A stretch of 50,102 nucleotides of DNA, counting the filler, from Catajapyx aquilonaris (taxonomy: Eukaryota), in the NCBI GenBank assembly GCA_000934665.2. It is 3 parts of 3 records of this genome, joined end to end, with 100 filler letters (N's around TTAATTAATTAA, not from the genome) between each part and the next. Parts side by side here need not be neighbours in the genome. Positions count along the whole stretch, not along the records: positions 1 to 16,480 come from KZ539655.1; positions 16,581 to 33,526 come from JYFJ02007189.1; 1 more part is not named here. One strand, written 5' to 3'. Below the pieces are notes generated by a model. It was not told the origin of the DNA. It saw only the letters and a program-made list of their open reading frames with translations, and searched no databases. Numbering within the stretch: the first letter of the stretch is position 1; every line of letters starts with the position of its first letter. The position numbers and the translations under genes are program-made. Positions 13,186 through 23,019 of this stretch are shown here, in pieces.

Positions 13186-16100
13186 ATACTTTAATGGGTG
13201 AATAAAGAGAGTTAAAAAATCCGATTCAGCTTAATATTTTTTAGAGTGTGCAGAACCTCCAACGAAGACGCATTCCGTACCCAGGTGCCATGTACCGGCA
13301 AATTATGCCATTTGCTCCCCAAAATTGCTTTACGGCCCCCATCCCAGGCAATCCAGAAATGAAAACGTTTACATTCCTGTGTGGCTGGAAAACTCCGGCG
13401 GTGGTCAACTTTGATGGCGCGGTTCCCATGCAGGTACGAAATTTAAGGCGCTTGTCGCTAGTTATTTTCCTGGCCGACCCCAGACAGCTCTTCTGGCAGG
13501 TTATTGTTGGGAGCCTGGGGCATTACACATCTCTGCACCCACACACACACACACAAACTCCACACAAAAAAATAACTGGGGGAGGGTAAAGTAGAAACCA
13601 CGGCACCCGCACTTTTAACACACATTTCAATTAACCCTGTGTTTCTGCTGTCCTCACCTTGAAATACAGGCCCATAAAGTTGGCGCCCGCGACCTTTTAC
13701 AAGAGGTCACCCCATTTCGGGAAAGGCACAACTCACCCCTGGACCTCCACTTTTATTCTCGTTTCTCTCGCTCTGCCAGGACGGATTCCTTGAATAAGTT
13801 ACGGGAATGTGGGTGAAGAGAGAGTCAATTCCAACTATTCCGTTCTCACCGGGTTAATGTTACTTTGATGCTTTTTAAAGCTTGGAATAACTTTGGCTAA
13901 GTGACACAGAAACATTTCTTGGGGTATTTTTAAATATACGTAAACGCCGAAAAAATAGGGTCGTATTTTTCAGTATTTTTATGCATCGTGAGTCATGTTT
14001 ATTTGAAGTTTACGCAATAAAATGGACATTAGTCTTTTTTAATAATCGGAAAATGAATTATTAGAGAACTACTCGTATAGTTTACTTTCCTTAGGAAAAA
14101 ATCCCATCAGTTCAAATTTAGCCCTTTGAATAATCGTGTAACATTACAAAGCAACGCATTGCTCTCAATTTTCCCAAACGTTTTTCAGAAAAATATAGAA
14201 TTTTTACACATACCGTATTTTTCTGTACATCCCTTCAGTGGTGTGCTATGATCACTATTCTTTGTTGCGTAATAAAAATACAGAAACAACCCCACAATAT
14301 AACAATATCCAGACCTGAGTGTTCGAATATTACGTGTGAAATAATTTTCTCGACTGTAATTACACATATCAAAGATATTCTACACTCTGTCACACTCAAT
14401 TTTTATCAAAATGTATCTCTGGTATTTATGCAATGCTTTAAAAAAATAGAATGTGGCAGATGTCAAATGTGCTAAGGCATGTGCATCTGTATATCGAACT
14501 TGACGTCCCGTAAAAGATGACATACCCGACCCCTTGAAAGTCGCCGCACAAAAAGGACCTTCGCCACTGCCTGGTGACATAAGACCCCCCTAATTGGCGC
14601 GGAAAATAATGGGAACCGAGTGGCTAAGCATGGAAAACGCTCTACTTCCTTTTTCCTTGGCAACAGATGGCGTCAAGTTAGGCCCTCCCAATAGGACCGC
14701 ACACGCTTAACCAGACTGGAATTGATCGGATATCAAACCGTGCCTAATTTGCACCGATTCACCCCATGCCCAGAGGGGTCTCTCTCCAAAAGGTTTCTTT
14801 TACATGCCGAAACTAAACGTCTTTTTAAACATACCTAATAAGAACCACATGTCGGGTCATGTCCGAGTCGTCACCGCCAAGGAGCGTTGACCTTTTTTTT
14901 CAGGTCCATTTTTTTAGTGATCCGGACTTTAAAAAGAGGGGTTCCCAGCATACCAAACCACAGCTTTATCTCCTGTGTCAAGGGGGGTGTAAGGGGGGGT
15001 CAGAAGTGGCAGTTTTCCACCCCCTCCTTCTTCCTTCGACCCCAAGGTCTACCCTTTTTCCACGAGATGTCGGTTTCCTTTATCAACACAAAAGGGGAAG
15101 AAGAAGAAGGTAAAAAAAGAAAAAAAAAGAAAACTCCCCGTAAACGCTTCCAGTGGCTTTACAACCCTTTCGAAGGACAGCAGGTCTAAGGCATGAAATA
15201 CTAGCCGCTGAATTCACAGCACGTTGCTGTACATTGAACTACTCATCAAAAAGTATAGGGATACTCATGATGGCGACACTGCCTCCTGTCCTAGGTGGGC
15301 TAATTGCTGGGTTTGACAACTAGTTATAAAGAAGCTACCAGTGTTGCCTCAAAACATTCCTGCAATATTCTTAAGAAAGCATGCAATAAATTTTATTAAT
15401 TCATTTATATTCCTAGCTGAATTGAAAAAGTAGCTAATATAACTGTTTAGAAAGTGTAAAGTAACAATAAGCATTTTCAACAACTCCCAGTCTACTTGAC
15501 AAAATACACCTTCTCGGTGTGTGGCACAACCGAATGGACCACACGTGGTTGACCACACACATTCCAGCCAAAACGGTATATCTCATCCAACACCACCGTC
15601 TTTATTCGCCCATAGGCCTAACCGGGACCCTTCCAAAAAAAAGTGCTGAGTAAAATGGCAGGGGGCACACGCTATGCAGTAGTCGTGTAGTTTGGGCTAC
15701 CTCATGACGAATTACGCATCATACATCAGCTCTGTTTCTCACACAATGCCACCCAAGATGGAGAGAGCCGCATCACTCCTCCAAAATTGCAATCTCTTTT
15801 TTTAATGCGTATACACGATGTCGCCTCTCACTTGGCGCATAACATGTCAGGCAGTACTTGTGAAAGGAATCCGGCATTCCAGCAACCCCCTTTGTGCACT
15901 TCCCACGCCTCCAGACGGGTCAAACTGTCAGCATGGCCCACCCGAGTTATCAGGAGCTGGCAGACGCATTGTTGCCAGAGACATGGGTGGCGCTTGACCT
16001 CAGGAATGCATCTCGAGAAGGTGCCGGGCCCAGAGGGGGTTGATAAATAATAATATTTAAAAAATGAGTATAAGAAAAGAGTGAGAGGAATTTACGCCTG

Positions 16101-16480
16101 TCGAGTATGCAGCACGCGTCGTATGACGTGATGTTTGGACGTGTGGCAGGGAGCAAGTTGCAAAGTCATGCTGGGGGAAGTGCCACCTCACCCTAGCCTT
16201 TGTTGATGTGATGGGGCAAGTCTAAGTGTTGGGCGAGGGACAATGTTGTGATCAAGCGACAATGCCCGTGAGAGGCGGTTTAATATGTCTAATTGCAAAC
16301 TATGACTCATGGAGTGGATTGGCCTGTCAACATTGACAAGAGAGACCTCGATCTCCTTTTCCTTTACGAATCTTACACAGCACTGTAACATGGAAGACCT
16401 TAGTCCTACATATGCACTACTCGCTATGCTCGGCGGTGGGGCTTCGCCCCTGCGCGCCTTCAGCCCTTGAGCCTCAAGCT

Positions 16481-16580
16481 NNNNNNNNNNNNNNNNNNNN
16501 NNNNNNNNNNNNNNNNNNNNNNNNTTAATTAATTAANNNNNNNNNNNNNNNNNNNNNNNNNNNNNNNNNNNNNNNNNNNN
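16481..16580. other. Artificial contig linker (44N-TTAATTAATTAA-44N)
   Basis: Exactly 100 nt; the central 12-mer has stops in all six frames; identical copy at 33527-33626. Confidence 0.9.
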
Positions 16581-16848
16581 AGTGCGCAGGCAGAAGAGAC
16601 CCGTCGCTGGGTCGTCAGCGTCACTCACTCGATTTGTAAACAGTGGCAACAATGGAAGCGCTCTCCATGGGCTGATGTTTGAATTGGCCCGCCGGACAGG
16701 GTTGCCAGGGAACGGGCTACAATATAAGCAGCTTAGGCCGAATTTGTCAATAACTAAAACGACAAAAAAGTTAGTTGCTTATATTGTAGCCGTGGCTAGC
16801 AACCAGTTGTTGAAATCTGAAATCTGCAATAACAACAGTTGATATTAG

Positions 16849-19735
16849 GTATTGGATGGAGGATGTTTAAGAAAAAACCTGAGGTGGTTGAGAGGATTAA
16901 GGTTGAGCAACTTCTGCATTAGGTTTGGAATATCAACAGCTAGTTTCTGATGGATTGATAGAAGGGAACAAGACAGTTAATTCCTTAGAAGAGGGTTGGG
17001 ATTGTTTCAAGTCCTCCTTAGTGAGTAGTGCTGTTGATAATATTGTGGTATGGCTAAGGTGGGTTGTAAGAAGGGGGATCGTTGGTGGAACGAGGAGGTG
17101 GCTAAGGCTGTAAATCGTAAGAAGGATGCGTACTTAGGGATGCTGCAGGGTAGTGTCCCTGCAGGGGAGTATAGGTTTTGGAAGCGGGAGGCAGCATGGG
17201 TTGTTAGGGAGAGTAAGAAGCAGGTAGATCTAGAGGAGAGTGAGAGGCTGGAGAAGGCCTTCAAGGAGGATGAGAAGTCTTTTTGGAAGACTGTTAGGAG
17301 GTTAAGAACTGGCCATGGGGTTAGTGTTGTGGGTGTGAAGGATAAGAAGGGTGACATGCTGTGGGATGGAGGAGAGGCGAAAGGGTGCTGGGGAGAGTAT
17401 TTTAAGGACTTGCTGTCAGCAAGTGGTAAGGCCAGTGTTGATGTATCTGTAAGTTTAATTGGGGATGTTGTACCAAGTAATGATGGTTGTGGGGATATTG
17501 TTAAGAAGGAAGTTGCAGCTGCTGCTTTAGAACTTAAACTAGGGAAATCCCCTGGGATTGATGCTATTTCTTCGGAAATGGTGAGGTGTGGCGGGTATGA
17601 TGTGGTTACTTTTTTGACTAATTTATGTAGGGTTTCTTTTGATAATGGTGTAGTTCCTAGGGATTGGAGGGATGCTATTATAGTACCTCTGTATAAGGGT
17701 AAGGGAGATGTGTGTGACTGCAAGAATTATTATCGTGGCATTAGTTTGTTAAGTGTACCAGGGAAAGTGTATGCTAAGGTTTTGATAGAAATAGTTAAGA
17801 GGGTCACAAGTCAGAGAATACTGAATATTCAGAGTGGGTTCATGTCGGGTAAGAGTTGTGTAGATCAGATATTCTGTATGAGACTCGTGATAGAAAAGTA
17901 TTTAGCTGTAAACAAGAAGGTTTTTGTTGCCTTTGTAGACTTAGAGAAAGCCTATGACACGTGAGTAGAGAAGGTTTGTGGGAAGTTCTGAGTCTCTATG
18001 GAGTGAAGGGCCGCCTGCTGGAGGCTGTAAAGTCATTGTATGAAGAGAGTAGAGCTTGTGTTAGAACTAGTGGGGGTTTCTCTGACTGGTTTAACATTAG
18101 TGTTGGGGTTAAGCAGGGTTGTGTCATGTCTCCCTGGTTATTTAACTTGTACTTAGATGCATGTGTAAGGGAAGCTATGGTTGAAGGTGTAGGAGTGCAG
18201 TTTGGTGATGAGTTAGTTAGTCACTTGCTGTATGCAGATGATTCTGCCCTTCTGGCGGAGAGTGAGGCTGATTTAGGGCCAGTTGCACCGGCCTCAGTAT
18301 AACTTAGAACCTCGGGTATAACAAGAATTGCCATAGCAATCATTGTTGACCAACAATGATTGGTATGGCAATTCTTGTTATACCCGAGGTTCTAAGTTAT
18401 ACTGAGGCCGGTGCAACTGGCCCTTACAGTTGATCCTATGCAAGTTAGATAATGTCTGTGAAAAGAGGGGTATGAGGATTAATGTAGATAAGACTAAGGT
18501 ATTGGTATTTGAGAGAGGACAGCAGGTTTCTCCTTGTATGTTGCAGGTACGAGGAAAACTAGTTGAGCAGGTCAACCAGTTTGTATACCTGGGTAGTGTC
18601 CTTGAGAGTAATGGTAGAATGGATGGGGAGATTGATAGGAGAGTTAGTTCTGGGTTGAAAGTGATAGGTGCCACAATTAAGTTTTCTACAAATAAGAACT
18701 TATCTTCTGCCTGTTTGTTGTCTGTCTATTCTCACGTTATTGTTCCTTCACTTATGTATGGTAGTGAAGCGTGGGTTTGGTCAGATAGGCATAAGAGTAG
18801 GGTGTTGGCTACAGAGATGCGTTATCTCCGGGCTGTTTGTGGGGTTACCAAGTTCGATAGGATTAGGAATGAGGAGATTTTGCAGAGGTGTAATGTTAAG
18901 GAGACTGTTAAAGATAAGGTGTGTAGGTCTACTCTAAGATGGTTTGGCCATGTGGAGAGGATGAAGGAGGAGGAGATTGTTAAGAAGGTTTATTTGGGTG
19001 GAGTAGTTGGTAAGAGGGACAAGGGTAGACCTAGGAAGACATATTTGGACCAAGTGGGTCAGTGTCTTAAGGGTTTTGCTAGTGTTAAGCCGAGACGTTC
19101 ATGTGTCAATAGGACCATGGACGTGGCTGAGGCTAGGGTTGTTTGTTTGGATAGGTGTAAAGGGCGTAGGTTAATTAATGGGTATAATATTCACGGGTTT
19201 GTGAGGAATGGCAGTGTCTGTTGAATTTTTCCGAATGGCTATAGAATGTCTGCAGGTTGGTGGGAGGAGTCGGCTTCTGGAGGTTCATGCTCGGGCTCTG
19301 AGTGCTGTGCAGAACTACAAGTTTGGCAAATATCTCTTGCAAGGGTGTTTGTCTCTCTCTTGTCCTGTACAGCGCTTGGAGTTCGGGTATGGATTGCTGT
19401 ATGCTGGTTATTCTCGCTGGCCTGTGGGTGTTCTGGTCGTTTGGAGGAGAATATTATGGTCACTTGGAGGAATTTAACAGTTGTTGATTCCTCTTCGGGG
19501 GGGGGGGGGATTTATCAAGTACCGCGTTGTATAGTCGTGTAATATTCATATTTAATATTTAATATTGAGAGTTTGTTGTCTGAGATGGGCAAGGGGGGCG
19601 GGGGGTTATATGGGTGGTTTATAGGCTGACTTTTACCATTTTAAATTTAGTTCATAGTTTGGGTTAGCTTGTGGTTCCCGTCATCGCTGACTACCCCTTA
19701 TAGGGAAATGTGATGGTGTTGTTGTTGTTGTTGTT
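16849..19735 (+). mobile_element. 5'-truncated RTE-like non-LTR retrotransposon (disrupted RT ORF)
   Basis: RT motifs KSPGID, YRGISLLSVPGKVY, FVDLEKAYD, GVKQGCVMSPWLF, LLYADD, FVYLGS, LRWFGHVERM. Frameshift near 17960, MITE at 18276, (GTT)n tail, TSD GTTGATATTAG at 16838-16848 and 19736-19746. Confidence 0.92.
18276..18423. mobile_element. 148-bp palindromic PIF/Harbinger (Tourist-like) MITE inside the RT ORF
   Basis: TTA|GGGCCAGTTGCACC...GGTGCAACTGGCCC|TTA; near-perfect hairpin; removing it restores EADLQLILCKLD in frame. Confidence 0.92.
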
Positions 19736-19984
19736 GTTGATATTAGAGATTAAACAACACGAAACAAATGAAGAATGGCATTCTAATTTGTTTGAATCGT
19801 TCTTCATTTGTTTCGTGTCGTTTAATCCCTAATATCAACTGTTGTTATTGCAGATTTCAGATTTCAACAACTGGTTGCTAGCCACAGCTACAATATAAGC
19901 AACTAAGGCCGAATTTGTCAATAACTAAAACGACCAAAAAGTTCGATCACCCTGTATATTCCACACATTTAAGAAAATGCGATA

Positions 19985-20125
19985 TATGGTGTAGGCTAGA
20001 ATAATATATAGAATATAATATAGAATAATATAATAGCATATAATGTAGAATATAATATAGAATAATATAGAATAATATAATAGCATATAATATAGAATAT
20101 AATAATATAATAATATAATAATGAT
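19985..20125. repeat. TA-rich low-complexity tract
   Basis: (TATAA/TAGAA)n-like. Confidence 0.8.
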
Positions 20126-20497
20126 CAATTACAATAGGGCCCACACGGGTTTGAGTCATATACGTACATCGGAATTTGCACAAAATTTCAAATTGCAGAA
20201 CTCTCAATCAGTTGAGGATACAATATTGAATAATGTAGCCTACTCATTTTGCCTCCCATTTGCCTCACCTCCTAGATCCCAGGACTTTTAGTGTGTTTAC
20301 CTCCTAACTAGTCCAAACAAAGCCCTGAGGTCAATTCTTGCCGTCCCGTCATTTCCGTCTGCACCCCCTTCTTGAGCATTCATTGCCTGGACTATATCCT
20401 GGGTTGGAAGAACTGGATTGGCTCCTGGGGAGAGGTGCTGATGGTCGAAAGATACTGGACAGAGAGTGATGGAAGATTGCGCCATACCGTCAGGAGC

Positions 20498-20617
20498 GAG
20501 GGATTATTCACTAAGGGTAGTGCTTGTAAGCTTGTACACTTTTGTGGGTAGTCCAAGGGTAGTCTGGGTAGTTCGAAGGTAGTCTGTGTACGCAAAAAAT
20601 GTAAATGGATAATCCCT
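20498..20617. mobile_element. Small TIR element with GGGTAGTC repeats; related partial copy at 24299-24384
   Basis: cgagggattattca...tggataatccctcg inverted ends; gtgtacgcaaaaaat shared with the second copy. Confidence 0.5.
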
Positions 20618-21001
20618 CGGCTGAGACATTGGGGCGTCAAGTCAGGGGGAGAGGTCCAGGGGGACAGGTCCTGGACAGAATCGTGAACAACAGGCTGGCT
20701 CACGTCATGGAGCGGAATGGCTGGGTGGACGACCGTCAGTTCGGCTTCAGGAGGCAAAGCGGAGTGGTGGAGGCGTTGGAATGCCTGAGAGGGAGGCTGG
20801 ACTCAGTGGTGGCGAGACGTCCACTGGGGTTGGTCCTCACCATGGACGTCCGGAACGCCTTCAACAGCGTCTTGCACGGAAGGATCGTCACCGCTCTGAG
20901 GGAGCGTACTTGCCCACCCAGGCTGGAGCGCATCATCCGTGGTTTCCTGGGTCCTAGGGACATCTTGCTGCAAGAGAGGCAGTACACCATGGATCGGGGC
21001 T

Positions 21002-21272
21002 TAGCGTCGGCCTATTTCTGCCGCGAAGGCTCAACATCGACGCCAGGGGGTGGTGCTCCTCCTGGAAATTTGGCCACTCTGGGGATCTTTAACGTGCACT
21101 CGCGCAATGTCATAAACACACGGGACCGACGGCTTTACTTCCCCTCCGATGGAAGGCGCACTCTCACTTTTATACCACCCGGAGAAAAGTCACCGACCTC
21201 GGCCGGGTTTGAACCCACAACTTTGAGACCAGAGGCAAGCTCGCTAACCACTATTCCACCGGCGCCGGCTTT
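21002..21272 (-). mobile_element. tRNA-derived SINE (family B, Deu/Nin-domain or Ruka-like core) with 14-bp TSD
   Basis: Head GGTGGAATAGTGGTTAGCG...GGTTCAAACCC; core GTAAAGCCGTCGGTCCC...GCACGTTAAAGATCCCC; TSD CATGGATCGGGGCT at 20988-21001 and 21273-21286. Confidence 0.85.
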
Positions 21273-22063
21273 CATGGATCGGGGCTGTCCCCAAGGGAGC
21301 AGCCTTGGACCGACGTTGTAGATTGTGACCATGGACTGCTGGTTCAACTTGTTCCGGGACTTGGACGTTACCCGGTACCATCCACAGGCCTATGCGGATG
21401 ACCATGTGGTGGCTTGGTTCCCCCGGACATCCGGGCGCGGACGGCATGGGCGGCGAGGCAGCAACTTCTCCGACAGTTGGAGGACGGCACGACACCCCGT
21501 CCGGTGGCTCCTGAAGCGCTGCCGGCGCCTTGGACTTGGCAGAGGATGGACGTCCAGACGTGGGAAGGATGGCCAGTCGACAATTGGATGGTGATCTTCA
21601 CGGATGGATCCGTCATGACTCATGAGCCATGGAGCCGGAGAAGCGATGGTGAGGATGGTGGGTCCCCTGGAGGTGGTGACTGGAGAACCTCCCATTCGTC
21701 CGGGACACGTGCATTTTCGACATCGAGCTGGAGATGGAGGTGCGAGCGGCGGGGACCGCGGTTCTCGGACTCAGCTTCGTCAACCCTTGGGCCTCGCAGC
21801 CTGCGGTGGCTCGCGCTCAGTGTGCGCAGTGTGATCCCCGGGGCTCCCATGTCCGCCTGGGCTGGGTGCGAGCACACTTCCGTACACTTGGCAACGAGTT
21901 GGCGGACCAGGCGGTGAAGGAGGCGATGGAGAGGCCACCTCTATTTGGGAGAGGACCATCGTAACATCAATGCACGTTGGTATCTGGAGGGCCTTCGGCT
22001 GTGGCAGGAGTATTGGGAGCGGGAAGGGCGTACATGGACGAGGGAATTCCTCCCGAACGTGGT

Positions 22064-22787
22064 CGTCGCCCAAGACCAGGAGAGGACGGGTCGCGCAAGA
22101 GCTGGACATGACGAGTCGCCCAAGAGCAGGAAAGGATGCGTCGCCCAAGAGCAGGAAAGGATGCGTCGCGCAAAAGCTGGAGAGGACGCGTCGCCCAAGA
22201 GCAGGAAAGGATGCGTCGCGCAAGAGCTGAAGAGGACGGGTTGCCCAAGAGCTGGAGAGGACGCGTCGCCCAAGAGCAGGAAAGGAAGCGTAGCGCAAGA
22301 GCTGGACATGACGCGTCGCCCAAGAGCAGGAAAGGATGCGTCGCCCAAGAGCAGGAAAGGATGCGTCGCGCAAGAGCTGGAGAGGACGGGTCGCCCAAGA
22401 GCTGGAGAGGACGCGTCGCCCAAGAGCAGGAAAGGATGCGTCGCGCAAGAGCTGGAGAGGACGGGTCGCCCAAGAGCTGGAGAGGACGCGTCGCCCAAGA
22501 GCAGGAAAGGATGCGTCGCGCAAGAGCTGGAGAGGACGGGTCGCCCAAGAGCTGGAGAGGACGCGTCGCCCAAGAGCAGGAAAGGAAGCGTCGCGCAAGA
22601 GCTGGAGAGGACGGGTCGCCCAAGAGCTGGAGAGGACGCGTCGCCCAAGAGCAGGAAAGGATGCGTCGCGCAAGAGCTGAAGAGGACGGGTCGCCCAAGA
22701 GCTGGAGAGGACGCGTCGCCCAAGAGCAGGAAAGGATGCGTCGCGCAAGAGCTGAAGAGGACGGGTCGCCCAAGAGCTGGAGAGGAT
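22064..22787. repeat. GC-rich 25-bp minisatellite (about 29 units) with 75-bp higher-order periodicity
   Basis: Variants cgtcgcccaagagcaggaaaggatg, cgtcgcgcaagagctggagaggacg and ggtcgcccaagagctggagaggacg cycle in order. Confidence 0.95.
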
Positions 22788-23019
22788 AACACCGACACCA
22801 GGGGGTTGTCCTCCTCCTGGAAATTTGGCCGCTCTGGGGATCTTCAACGTGGACTCGCGCAATGTCACAAGCACACGGGACCGACGGCTTTACTTCCCCT
22901 CCGAAGGAAGGCGCACTCACTTTTCTACCACCCGGAGAATAGTCACCAACATCGGCCTGGTTCGAACCCACAACTTTGGGATCAGAGGCGAGCGCGCTAA
23001 CCACTACTAGTCAATGGCT
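22788..23019 (-). mobile_element. Second copy of SINE family B at the same RT junction
   Basis: Colinear with 21033-21272 and followed by CATGGATCGGGGCT at 23020. Confidence 0.85.

Larger units (their letters stand above)
16771..19906. repeat. Palindromic host element split by the LINE insertion
   Basis: 16771-16848 plus 19747-19775 is the reverse complement of about 19800-19906; caccctgTA (Tc1/mariner-like end) at 19948-19956. Confidence 0.75.

Noticed and set aside
22064..22787. CRISPR-like array
   Set aside because: Units are contiguous with no unique spacers, there are no cas genes, and the context is eukaryotic
21780..23004. Long overlapping ORFs (285-364 aa) on both strands
   Set aside because: They arise from a stop-poor 25/75-bp minisatellite plus SINE sequence, with no protein-family signal
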